Origin: Styela clava
Lineage: Eukaryota
Direction of reading: 5' to 3'
DNA length: 64,000 bases
NCBI RefSeq assembly: GCF_964204865.1
Contig: NC_135250.1
Coordinates: 26,412,001 to 26,476,000, forward strand
Shown here: one piece after another, positions 24,501 through 36,527 of the stretch
How positions within the stretch are numbered: position 1 is the stretch's first letter
How the letters are laid out: each line of letters begins with the position of its first letter
The notes under the pieces: model-generated
What the model saw: the letters and a program-made list of their open reading frames with translations, nothing else
Databases searched by the model: none
Told to the model about the DNA's origin: nothing
Position numbers and translations under genes: made by a program

Positions 24501-27120
24501 GATCCCAAGTATTTGTAAATAAAATCTCAATACACACTTCATGATCAGAGAAAATTAACCAAGCTCCTCTTCTAGATTGGGACTTTGTATCTCGGTTTAT
24601 GGTATACGCCAAGTTGGTCAAGAACAGTGCATAGGGATCGTTTTGTTAAATTGTTGCAGATGGGCTGATATTTGTTGCTGGCAATAATTCAGTGGCAGTG
24701 ACGTAACGTCAGACCAGCCGAACACCTTTACTACGAAGTTGCCGATCAGCTGCGATCTCACCGGTATATCAAGGCGGGGGACTTGATTTCGGTTAAATGA
24801 TGAAATGATGGCATTGCCCATTGGTATAGATAACCCACGAGAGATAAGGCACTTGATTAAATGTTCGAACAAGCTGATTATTCAATAGATTTGTGGAACT
24901 TTCGAATAAAGTAAATTGAATATAATTAAATTTTAGTATGAAAGAAAAGACTCTTAATGTTACACTCGGAGACGAGTCAGTAACTCAATGTGATATCGCA
25001 GGATTTGAAACGACACATGACGTGCCGATGGAAACCGATTTCTTATTCATCGGGACAAATAGGAAATTGAAGAAAGAAAATTCCCCAAGGTTCCTGGTGT
25101 AATATATATTATTTGACTTGATTTTGTCTGTGTTTCCATTTTATCCCAATATTCTAACCATTTTTCGTCCACAATGAATCTTTATTTCAAAACAATCAAC
25201 CCTCAAAATTTTGCGACATTTATTAATAGTTTAATTGCTTCATTTTTCCGCGTTTAGGTCAAAAGAACCACGAAATCTTTCTCGATCCAATGTATATATT
25301 TTTTTTACCTATTTCAAGCCGTAATCGCAGTTTTGTATTAATTGTGTTTTCAATATTATTAGAAGACTTTGTCAAAGCAGAAATAAAATTAAATTCAATG
25401 CGTATATATATATATTATGAAAATACTTGGAAACAACATTACAATAATTTTGTGGAATTTATGAAGGCGATGTTTTAGCAGAATCACTTGACTATGTTGG
25501 TGGGATTGGACAAACTTCAAAAAAATATGTGTAATAAGTTGGCATGCTATGAAATTACTTTTACTAGAAAATCTATATATTGTTCAAATAGCATGCCAAT
25601 AGGTCAGCACAGTAGTTGTCGTACCTATGAAATTTCAGGTAAATATAATAATACCATTGAGTAAAAATTATTAATTTTTATTCTAGCATTTCAATCGTTT
25701 CTGCAACGCCATCCGAAAAAGAGATTTACCTCAAACGAAGTTCGCAGATAACCTTGGGAACAGGTGACGTCACCGTTGTCAATTAGTTATGCCTTTTTTA
25801 CATCGAGTTGGAATACCTAAAATTACATTTGGAATTATTTATTCTTTTTTCTCGCCATTGGAAAAAAGTCGCTTTATATTACTATGTTTAATCAAGTCAA
25901 GATTGAGTTAGAAAAAATTTATCACAAATAGTTAGAAATTGAATATTTATTTTCCAATTTATATAGATGATTAGATAATAAAAGTTATATTTTGAATTTA
26001 TTCGAAAGCTTAAATTTGAATTTTTGTTCAGAAAAGAAATCTTTTACTTTCAACCTCCCGAGTTTTCTGATTGGTTTTATTATCCCACTGTTGTTCCTCG
26101 GAATCACTGGATGGATCATACGTAAACAGAAGCTCAAGATAGAGGAAATGGAACAAAACGAAGCCATAAAAATTCGTAACTACGAAACCATATCGGATCA
26201 AGGTAAAATGGAAATTACACTCTGCAAAATTTATGAACAGTATTGGGCTTGGTTTGTTAACTGCGAGACACTATTGAAATTACGGGTGCTCCAGAATTAG
26301 GTGCTCCAAGATGTCGCATAACCTGAACCCTAACCTGGTACACATACTATTTTCATGTTGTGCACCATCTTGGTTCACATACTTCAGGAGGTCCAAATGA
26401 TGATTGTGCATTAAAAAATTATCATAAACTATAGCACAGTCCTAGCGCAACGGGATTGAACAATCGGTGTTGGTTTCAATGCTAAAACACATATACATTA
26501 TATAAAAAAAATATATATATAAGCTGAAGTAGCTCTTCCAATAGTATTGATATAGATCAGTGTTTCTCAATCGTTTTTCCTTCGTGGCCCACTTTTGTTG
26601 CACATCAAATTCTGTGGCCCATTAACTTTCATATACAAAATAAAACTACAAAAGAAATGAAAATTTTGCTTCTCAAATATAAACCCTTCTAATTAACATT
26701 TAAAAGCAAAAACAGCATTATCATTCATTTAAATAAACATCGAATTAAAATAATTTATTATTAAGTTTAAAAACTTTCTAATAGATTTTCTGCCAACTTG
26801 AAAATATTTCCTATGCTCAGCAGAGGGTACTTTCCTCAACAACAAAGAACGGTCAAACTTAATAACGGTTAAACTTTAATACAGCTCAATGTATTGAAAG
26901 TACGTCCTACAAATAGTCAAACTAACCTAATAACTTGACAAATTGTGATTTTTAGTATATTTTTAGTAAATGTTTTTATTCCTCAGGAGCAACAACGTCC
27001 AACCATCAAACTGCCGAAACGGCATACGAAAATGTATTAGAAGAAAATGCTGGTTACGAACAACCACTTCCTTCAACAAGAGTTCGAGCCAACAATGAAA
27101 CCCTCTACGAAAATTATTGA
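15550..27120 (+). CDS. Type-I membrane receptor, long form (copy 3): SP - C-type lectin - Ig - FN3-like x2 - RPTP-like juxtamembrane domain - TM - Tyr-motif tail; 15 exons, 703 aa
   Basis: Phase-consistent GT-AG exons: 15550-15610, 16737-16893, 17350-17469, 17646-17758, 19196-19462, 20491-20593, 21327-21444, 21895-22086, 22576-22783, 23417-23525, 24048-24176, 24937-25089, 25687-25763, 26032-26202, 26987-27120. Sum 2112 nt with no internal stop. Motifs: CTL (AKSACES..GSYLV, FTGGND..WKWQD, EPN..EDC..WRDYKC..FICQK), Ig (C..VEW..LHLQN..DAGNYFC), FN3 (LISWEP..LDSDTTYKL), TM FLIGFIIPLLFLGITGWII, tail NYETI/TAYENV/GYEQP/LYENY. The donor at 25090 (GTTCCT) is weak but is required by phase and conserved in copy 6. 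Confidence 0.85.
18092..19012. mobile_element. Non-autonomous hAT element in the CTL-Ig intron of copy 3
   Basis: TIRs CAAGGGTGGCCAAC / GTTGGCCACTCATG. Perfect 8-bp TSD AAATATAT at 18084-18091 and 19013-19020. Empty site with a single AAATATAT in copy 1 (~5496). Confidence 0.9.
23095..23330. mobile_element. MITE, same family as 8291-8526
   Basis: Inverted CAAGATGGCGG..GTGTACCAGGTTA arms. Absent from the equivalent intron of copy 6. Confidence 0.75.
26285..26394. mobile_element. Internally deleted MITE, same family
   Basis: GGTGCTCC left end and CCATCTTGGTTCACATACTTCAGGAG right arm. Absent in copy 6. Confidence 0.6.
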
Positions 27121-28457
27121 GGCTTGATTGAGGTTTATTACATCAACTCACGGCCAATCTTTAACATAGGGTCGATCGATATGGTTCCACTTATGATCGT
27201 CGATTATTTTCATCATTGAATTATTTTTAATTTTATTGCCGGACTGGCAGTGACTAAGAAGATGCTATATATTAATAAAGTTTGATAACCACTGGTTAAA
27301 CTTACGGAAGGCTTCATTCATTGCTCCGCAACTTTAAAGAAGATGCTATATACTATATAAGCGGAGTTTTAAAAACGAATAAATATTTAAAAATGATTTA
27401 ACAAACTGTACTGAATAATAAACGCAATCTAATCATAACTTAGTGACAACAGTTAATCGACAGCTGGCAAAATTTTGTTGCAAAAAATAAAAGAGTAGTC
27501 GCGATTTTGGGGAAACAAGTTCAGACAAGGAACCCCCAAAAGTGGTGAATGTAATAATCTTTTTAAAGGAATACGAAACGAAGGTATTTTAACTGCTGAA
27601 TGATTGAAAGTATCCATAACTCTCTTCTTTTGAAATATATATTTAGAAAAATTATGAATTTAATTAATCGCTTTTATCAAATTAAATTTTGATAGTTATT
27701 GTGTCTTTTGTTGCTAATTCCATTGCAGTGTAAGTTATGAAAATGTTTAGTGATTTTGGCAAAGATACTGCCCACTATCGGTGGATGCGATTTTTAGATA
27801 AATCATACTTTTTATTTCATTGATTAAATCTATTACATGGCCAAAGAAGTACCTCATATTTGGTCTTATTTTTATTAAAAGAATTTATAAATTTGCTCTT
27901 AAATATGGACGGAAATTATCAGCTGGAATTGTTTCCTGATATAAATTGTTTCCAGGTATAATCAAGCTTAGAGGTGATTTGCTAAACGAGCAAATTGGCA
28001 TCAAATAATTTCCGTTTTCATTTAATTAAAAACTTTCTAATTAATATAAGTTGCTTGGAATATGTGGAGAAATAGACTATCGAGTGATGCCACTCCAATT
28101 TTAAGCAAATATTTTAGAATTTTAGATTTGAAAGCAAAAAACACAATAAGTGTCGAAATAGTAATTTTATATGTAATGTAAATGTGTATGTTTTTTCTTT
28201 TTTCTTGAAGCATAGAAATGTTATTTCAAATCATAAATCAAAAAGATCAATAAATTTGTAACCGAATCATGATTATAATTAAACAATGCTTTAGGCCTGG
28301 AGAAGTTAGTCCTGAGAGAATATTACAATTGCGCCTGCCTTCGATTAAATGGGAAATTTTTCATTTCATTCGTAAATATTCACATTCAAACATATTTATG
28401 GTTGAAATCACACAAAAAGAGCAAGACAGTGAGAATAGTGTTTTGTCAACAGCAACC

Positions 28458-28830
28458 TATTGGACACCCCGAAATGGACCTATTGGTCGTTTTGTTGAAG
28501 TATTGTTGTCACTTATCGATCTTGATCGGTAAGTATGTTAAAGAGTACTTGTCTGTTTGTCTGTTTATCTGTTAGATACAGGTGATCTGCTCCAAATTTT
28601 ATGTGCATTCACCATATCTCGGAGCAGAAGTCTATTGATTTTGGATAAATTATGTCGTTTAATTAGCGAGTTATTAATTAATTAGTGATGAAGAGATGTA
28701 GATTCTTGCAAAGCGAGAGAACGTGTATGACCTAGATTTTTGAGGCGAGAGCGCGCATGTGCTAAGTGTGTATTTGCCGCTAGATCGATGAGTCGGTGGT
28801 CTCTGATCTCTATTTCGTTTCTGTAGTTGT
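28458..28830. repeat. Dispersed repeat with GGACCTATTGG..GTTTTGTT start and (CTGT/GTT)n microsatellite (HINE/DINE-like); relatives at ~42950-43200 (inverted) and ~45166-45420
   Basis: Shared terminal motif and internal microsatellite among the three loci. The family assignment is by general resemblance only. Confidence 0.35.
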
Positions 28831-29432
28831 TGTGGAAAAAGAATTTTCTTCGTAACTGATGTGTTAATCAATTTCAAAAGTTTAGTAAAAAAAAGTGGGC
28901 CTTTGACCTCCTTGTCCATAAATGTGAAAATTGTACATTTCGTTCATGTATTACAAGCACTTGCTCTCTAACCACAATGGTTGTGATAGTAAATAGACTA
29001 CATCCAGACTCATCAAAAAAAAATCTACGAGATCTCTAAAAACGTTGCCCTCATCTAAATCCAACCGATGCGGAAATAATATCATTTATTTTTTCAATAT
29101 AAATGCTCATATAAATTATTTATTTATATTTAAATAAATATAGTTTTCAGGTCAAGAAGGCAAAAATAAAACAATTAAAATCGAAGTCGAAACGATGAAA
29201 GAGAAAAAAATTTAAATTTACAAATAAAGATTTACATAGCAATGTAATAAGATAAAAACCTATTTTTTCAGCACAATTTTTATGCCGCATTGTCTGCTTA
29301 TTTAATTAACGCAATAATCACTTCGACAGTATATCGAGCAGTATCGCATTTAGGACAAATTGCAGTTTGAGTGTTGTTTATAGACTTATGTAATATAAAC
29401 AAAAACAGTTGATTTCATCCGATCTCCTATAT

Positions 29433-29750
29433 CAGAAGTGGGCAAGGTTTTTAAACCAGAGGCCAAAAATTTTAACCACTCAGACTGGAGGGCCATGTAA
29501 GTGTGACGTAAAAAGTTACATTTTATGAACAATATGTACAGTGTTACAATGCAAAGGTGGAAAACAATAAGCCTCGTGCCAAAACTGAATTTAACCACAA
29601 TCACAACAAATTACTATTACAAATTACTGAGCTATTTTAGCTGAAACATCAAAATTTGATTTCAGTTTGGTTGTGGCAGCATCAGGCGGGCCAGATTAAA
29701 TTACCCAACGGGCAGGATTTGGCCCGCGGGCCGTACTTTGCCCGTGCCTG
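29433..29750. mobile_element. Old hAT-type MITE
   Basis: Ends CAGAAGTGGGCAA / TTGCCCGTGCCTG with GGCCCGCGGGCC subterminal motifs. TSD degenerate. Confidence 0.55.
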
Positions 29751-31349
29751 TTCAATAAAGTCTGTTTTTAAATGCAATAGTATCACAATTTTTGCATTGA
29801 ATGTTTCTGGGGAATTTGTTTAATATGAAAAGCTCATGGAACAATGTAATGATATAGGTAAAATCTTGTAAAAATTTGTCGATATATATCTTTCTCGACT
29901 TTAAATAGCGAATTACGTCTCGGCAATTTTATAATGAATCATACTCAAATACTGTTGAGCAAAAAGACATGGAATGATGAAATGTTTATCAGTAAACAAT
30001 CAATCTTATTAAATTCTTAGTGATTGAATTACGTATTTACGGTTCATAGGGAGACTGTTCATTCATTTGAAAGCTTGTTGACGCATATGGATGCTTGAGT
30101 CCGATTGGGCCTTTGAAGGCATTTGATGCAGTGGGTTGATGCAGTAGATGAGTTGTTCTGAGGTCTTGCTAGAGAAACAATTTGGAATTACAAATTCCAA
30201 GCACCAACATATGATATTTCTGATCTTTTTTAGAAATACCTCGCATTAATAATTTGAAGTGGTATTGCATAGAATTTAGTTAAAATGATAATTCTTAATG
30301 TTTAAAACTTTTATTTCGAGTACGAGCGTAGTTAGAATTTTTCAAATAAAAAATTATATCAATCATTGATTGGTCTGTGCTCCATGTGACAAAATACCAA
30401 TATTCCAAAAATAAGGTATTCAGTATAATGATAGAGATAGCAAATTATAAAAGCAATTAGCAATATATTTATCAAATCTAACATTTAAATACAAAAATAT
30501 TAAATTAACGACCACCATTGCCAAGTAACTAGTTTTGCAATACTTAAGAAAATGTCCATTCACTAAATCAATAAACTAAAAATATATATTGCAATATTAT
30601 ATAAATGAGTTCGTATATTTTGGAAAATTCTATCACTTTCACCGTAAGAACAAAGTACGCTTATCATACATTCACCAAACAGTTTTAACCGTAATAATGA
30701 TTTTATTTTTCTAAAAAAATGTCAATACCTGGACGAACTCGAAATCCTCATTACTACGTCATAACAAGTTAATTGTGGCGTCATAGCATCAGAGGGGTCA
30801 TGCAATTAACGAAGCTCAGGCTAGAAAGTCTCATCGTTTAAATAAGTTGGTTGCCGCCGATCTAAGTATAATCTCAATTATCGTGAAGCACTTGTTTTGC
30901 CGAAGGCTGCCTTTGATCAAATTGCCTTTGAATAGTAGTAGGATTGTGAGCTAAATTTCATGATTTATCTTACTCAATTTTTTTTTAAATTGATAAAAAC
31001 CTAAAACCCTACCTACCTCTGGCTCTCCTAGCTTCAATTTCATTTTCCAGGATGTGCCGTTCGATGATATCGCTTTCGCGAAATAGGTGTGAAAAAATCA
31101 TCACTGTCTTTCTTTGATTGTCCGCAAACAGAATTCAAAATATTATCAAAAGTTTAGATGTATATCTCAATATTGAGTATAATTTTTTATAAAATAGGTT
31201 TATCAAATACTCTGATATCGCATGGTGGTCAAGGTGATTGCGTATGCGAGATGATTGCGTATTTATTACACTTCACCAATGGCATGATTGCGCACTCAAG
31301 ACAAGGTCAGTTATTCCTGGATTCGCAATTCTATACAGATGCCGTAGCC

Positions 31350-34300
31350 CAGTGGCGGCGCGTGGTCATTTTGACAACCGGGGCAAGCTACTGCGGGACC
31401 AAGTCACCCCCATCTACGGGGACAGGATGAGCGCTGTAAGTTCTCCCATCATTTTATGAGTATAAAAACCATTCCATCGGTAACACCCAATCGGCAAAAG
31501 CGACAATTTTTAACGATAAGAAAGTGTCTTTAAAACCGGTCCATGTCAAGGGATTAATAAATATAGACATAGTTTATTTTGAAACCTCTTTCAAAAGGAA
31601 AGGCAATATTTACCCAGATAAATACAATGACATATTACCAGAAACTTCGGGAAAGCAGACAAAACCTAAAATAAGGTTTAAAACGTTACTATGAAGAAAG
31701 GAAAGTTAATGCAAAGATAAGAACATGCGTCGCTCACTCAAAGATATATATGCTGCTAGACTTCTACTGCTTGAACATATATGTAACACGCCGCGGTTTC
31801 TTGGAAGTAAAATGCTCAATAACGCGCTGATTAAAGTCCTGCATCCCAGAAATAATGTCTCTGTGAATGGATAAAACAGCCAAGGAATTTAATCTATCTT
31901 GCTGCATTGTGTTTTAATACGTTCAGATACGTTTTAATACGCTTCAGCGTGCTGAATGTTCGCTCTGCGTCGGCGGAAGAAATAGGCGTCGTCAAAATGA
32001 TGTCCAGAAATTTTGCAGACGCCGCAAAGAGTGGTATCTATGAGGAACCCATAAAGCGCGCAAGTTGATGTGATGTTCAAAAAAGTTTGATTGGTGTATA
32101 TACATCGCAATTCATTTTCCAATTTACCCACGTTTATCATGGGGTAAAATTTGGAGACAGTAGCCAACAAATGGATGGGAAATTGACGTGCAAATTTTGA
32201 AAAATTTTTGAGGTTCATCAAAGAGCACGCGGCAAGGTGTTCAGTGCGCAGACGATCGCCTATTTGATTCACCAGAATGTCACAGCAATCCTTTGCAGAC
32301 AAAATCAAACGCTGCGTTGTTTTCCCGCGGCGTAAAGAAGCACTCCATGTGTCGTCGTATTTTATTGTTTCCCGGATACGAGATACAGCATCGCAGAAGT
32401 CTGAAATACACGACTGCACAGACGCTCCATCCATTTGCCTTGACTGCAATGCGCCGTATAATACATCCACGTGATAGAATATTGTGGAGAAAAAAGCGAG
32501 AAATAATTAAAACTTACCATCTTCTAGCAGACGCTTTTAGACCTGCCGCCTCCCTCAAAGAGCGTTCGTCCCAAACCGGAGAGCTCTGAATGCCATTGAA
32601 ACACTCAATGAGCTCAGACCTAATTTCGGACACGCCCTGCACCACGCGTGATTGGAAGTTCCAACGTGTTGGTGCACAAGCTGGGAGACGGCGGCTACAT
32701 ATCTGGCGAAGGAGGTCAGAGCGCTTCGGCGAAACGGAAAAAAATGAAGAAAACCCCGAAACATTTGCAAAAAATATACGGACGAGAGGGGTATCAAGAC
32801 ACATATATTTAATAACGAGGTTAAATTGGTGTGCATAACAATGTAAAAAATAGGCATGAGGAAAATCTTCTTTTATATAAACTTGAACACCATGTTTCGA
32901 CCCACTCATGACTGCCGCGCCGTCATAAGTTTGAGCTATCAATTTTGACTTCGCGTTGTAAGGCTGTAACACTTCTTTCAGTACAGCCGATATCCCGCAA
33001 GCCGTGCGATCAACGATTGGTACAAAGCTGTGAAATCTCTCGGTAGGTTTACCATCTTTCACAAACCGAAATCACAGCCAGTTGGGAAACGCACGTGATG
33101 TCAGTTGTCTCGTCAGACTGAATCGAAAGGAACTGGCAATTCTCAATTTCCAGAGCCAAATGTTGTAAATAAATTTTATACATTGAGTCGAGCAAATCAT
33201 TTTGGATATCCTTAGATGTCCCTTTCGAAACAGTTGCGGCATCAAGATGTTCTCTCAATACTGTATCTAGGGATGCGGTGTATACCACCATATCCAAAAA
33301 TACCCCTCTATTAGAAGAGCCAGCCAGCCCGTTCATCGTGCCCACGGAGGGATAGCTCGCGACAACCAATGAACTTCAAAACATCTATCAATCGATCGAG
33401 AACATGGCGGTTTTTCTCGACGTTTTGGTTGTGCCGACGAATAGAAACCACGCGTCCTTCATCCAACTGTGCTGCAATATTAACATTTCCGAATGTTCGG
33501 TATTTTACTGCATTGTCCAGATGCTCCATAGAAGATTGATGATCCCTGGCACGCTCGGAAAGATGTTTAAGATCTCTAAAACCAAATTTACACCAACGTG
33601 AGTCACGGGCGGTAGCAAAAAGTAGGCAATAAAAACAAAAAAGTGCATTTTTGTCCTCGCTGTAACACAACCATTCGTGTTTTTCATACCAAGTTTCTGC
33701 GCAGAATGTACGCCGACGCTTTCCTCTGTCATGGGATTGTTCCATTGAACAATTTTTTGGTTGATAAGGCCCAAGACGTTGTTCCTCTAATTTTTGTTCC
33801 AGCGGCAGCTGCGAAAACGGAGTGCGAAGTAGTGCATCAACCTTATTCATTATGAGGTCTAAGGCTAAGAAATGCGAAGCCGGAAAGAAGTGAGGAGCTC
33901 AAAAGGAATGTGGAAAATCGAAAGCAAATGGACTAAAGGTCTCTAACTGATTTAAATAGCGAAACAAGCGACAAAAACGAAGGCGAGGAAACTATCAACT
34001 CTTCAAGCAACCAACGAACGAGAAGGAATGCGTGAATATGTCAACACGTTGTTGTAAGTAACGTCGGCATTGTGTCGTCATAATTTCGGGGCTAGCCCCG
34101 ATCGGCCCCGATGATTTAGTAAAGGAAACAGAAAACAAACGAGACAAACGCGGCGAGTGGAAGATAAAAGAGAGAATACGATATACAATGAGCAACCGGG
34201 GCAAAATCGGCGTCGCCCCGTCGACGTTCGGCGAAGGCTTTGCGAGCGAAAAATGAACCATATCGGGAAAATATGGCTAGTGTAGACAGTCTGTGCAACC

Positions 34301-34390
34301 GATATTGAGATATTTTTCGAATATTTTTTATTAGACCGAAAAAACAACCGGGGCATTGCCCCGGTTGGCCCTATTGACGCGCCGCCACTG
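31350..34390 (-). mobile_element. Full-length hAT DNA transposon, ZMYM1-like transposase type
   Basis: 14-bp TIRs CAGTGGCGGCGCGT. 8-bp TSD CCGTAGCC at 31342-31349; the right copy carries a 3-nt insertion (CCGgcgTAGCC). Empty paralogous site GCCGTAGCCATAT at ~8544. GC is visibly higher than in the flanks. Confidence 0.93.
31764..33850 (-). pseudogene. hAT transposase (TTF-type Zn finger, DUF4371-like, RNase-H core, C-terminal dimerisation region), frameshifted
   Basis: ORF pieces 33850-33311, 33369-33049, 33062-32514, 32470-31934 carry WLCYS..FCFYC, LRGHDE, SKDIQNDL, SIQSDETTD, AQTYDGAAVMSG, HCYAHQFNL, PTRWN and ..ERTFSTLKRIKTY, ending TAG at 31764. Several frameshifts and an internal TAA. 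Confidence 0.9.
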
Positions 34391-35251
34391 CCGGCGTAGC
34401 CATATTCAACTAAAGAATAAAGCGATTTATATTCGGTTTTTAGAATTTTATGGAAAGGAAAGTTGGTGGAAAGTCGTTATAATCCTTCTAGAGTGGTCAT
34501 TTTAAACATTTACCATTATAGCACAAATTGATGACACGTATATTCTGACTCCTGACTATCGATCCGCGTTATCCATGAGGAAATTGGTATTCCGATCTAT
34601 TGACACTACTCAATCTTCATTCGTTTATGCCTGATTCACGTTTAATAAAAGGTCGATTTGCAATAAAGTTAAGCGACAATAGCGTATACGCATTTCCCGG
34701 TATTCTTGCTAACATATTTTGTTAATTTAATAGTATATGTAAACCATAGAGTGAACTGTAGGTGAATAGATGAAAATAAAAGAATTTAACTCAGATTCAC
34801 AGCCGCAAATAATATGGCACATGGGTAGTCAGAATAGAGTCACGAGTTAAATCAATTAGAAACGTGGATTCCGATTTGTCAGTTTTTGTTTTGGTTGGCC
34901 TATTGAATCATTTCAGAAAAGTATTCACAGTTGCACAGAGTATTGCTAATTTGAAGAGTTGTTTAATTTTTCACATGATAAATTAGTAAACACGTTGTGG
35001 TAGGGCATGTGGGCGTCTGCTACTTCCCCTAAATGAATTGATGACAGGTTAGACTATCAATTTAGTTTTCAGAATCGCATAGATGCAACTTGCACAATTC
35101 TCGTTGTGCGATTATTACCTTGTTATGAAGATGTAGTTAGATTAGAAGGAAAACATTTTTTAAATTTTTGAGTAGTGCTTTTTCTGTCAGTCAAAACGGT
35201 CTAATGAGTTTCCTCCACATATTTTGAAAACAATATATAATCGCTGCTTAA

Positions 35252-35640
35252 CCTAATGACCGCTGGTGTTCCTGGGTCATTTTGACACCCCTTTTTTTAA
35301 TATTTCACCAACCAAAAATGCCAAAGACATCATTAATGTGTCTTTAAAAAGCTTATTTTCGTCGCTTTCCACTAAAACGCGCCTATATTACGTAGCGCAA
35401 ATGTGTATGGTAAGAAAAGAGAAATTTCAAAAAATTTCGAGAAAAAGTTTCTCACTTTTAACGCGGTGGTCGACACGTGATTGATATGCGAGAGAAAGAG
35501 TTTTCTTTTAGAAGAGCTTTACGTCACCTTCAAAATAAAACAAAAGTGGGATTTGTAAGTGAAGTGATATTCGTTTTATCGAAGAGCATTTGATCGCGTG
35601 CTGTCTGGTATCTTTGTTTGTTTATTATGAGCCGGAGAAC
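35252..35640. mobile_element. piggyBac-like end fragment inserted upstream of copy 4
   Basis: Starts TTAA|CCTAATGACCG..GGGTCATTTTGACACCC. Absent from the otherwise matching region upstream of copy 2 (~9408). No right end found. Confidence 0.45.
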
Positions 35641-36422
35641 GCTAGTGGCATCTATGGGATTTTAAAATTGAATATATATTGACTGCATTTTTTACATATT
35701 TTGTTACTCTTGAAGTGCATTTTATGTGCTTCTATCCTTCTATTCTTCTATCCTACGCTACAATGCATTCATAAGTCGTTAGGAATATTTAAGATTGAAA
35801 CTCTTTATCGGAATACAAGATGAATTTAGAAGATTTGGCGATTTTGTTTTTTGCGATCATGCATATATCTACAGGTCAAGGTACGTATATTATTTTAGTT
35901 ACCTTTCTACTACTCAATGAAAATTTTGGCAAAAATAGTCAGTTTAAAGATACTAATCGAACGGATGAGCCGTCGAACAAATATTTCGTCCGTGAATACC
36001 GAAAACCATTATTCGAATTTAAACTACGTGTTGGATTAAGTTTATCTTTTAATATCGATTAGCAGAGGCAACATTAAGTGTAATCACATTTCTTGTTTGT
36101 TTTAAATCGTAAATTTTTATACTGGTGGTAGTTCCAATTATTAAAATTAAAACAAAATAATTTTACCTGTCATGGTGATATCGTGATTATTTCGAATAAG
36201 TTTTCAATATTTGTTTATTGTTTTCTGTTCTTATCACTACATAACGCAAGTTAAAAAATGTTCTTACTTTTGATCTAATGTTTTTTTTAGTTTTTTAAAT
36301 GGAATGAATAATTTGGTTACAATCATTTTCCAAAAAACCCAAAAAATATACTGCATATACTTTCGTTGGCAATAAGAGATATGGCGAAAACCTTGCTGTG
36401 GTGGCATAAGTTTACAACAATC

Positions 36423-36527
36423 TTGTAAACTGCTTGTCTGAGGAACTCTGAGTTCGGTCAGACGAAACGCAAGCAGTTTACAACAATCTTGTAAACTGCT
36501 TGTCTGAGGAAGTCACGGAACGTTACA
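36423..36527 (+). ncRNA. Paralogous tandem hammerhead motif pair in intron 1 of copy 4 (second unit damaged)
   Basis: Same 66-bp repeat, with CTGAGGA cores at 36438 and 36504. Unit 2 has lost stem II (CTGAGGAAGTCACGGAACGTTACAG). Confidence 0.5.

Noticed and set aside
26176-27040. Canonical ITAM in the tail
   Set aside because: YETI and YENV are 16 residues apart, well beyond the usual YxxL/I-x6-12-YxxL/I spacing.
26558-27294. One hAT element (CAGTGTTTCTCAA..TTGATAACCACTG) capturing the last exon of copy 3
   Set aside because: Flanks ATATAGAT and GTTAAACT are not a TSD, and the exon sits in its normal position in copy 6. These look like two unrelated fragments.
32474-32517. Intron in the hAT transposase (GTAAGT donor-like)
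   Set aside because: The sequence reads as continuous coding (LLEDGKF*LFLAFF..HVDVLY) once one frameshift and one stop are allowed.
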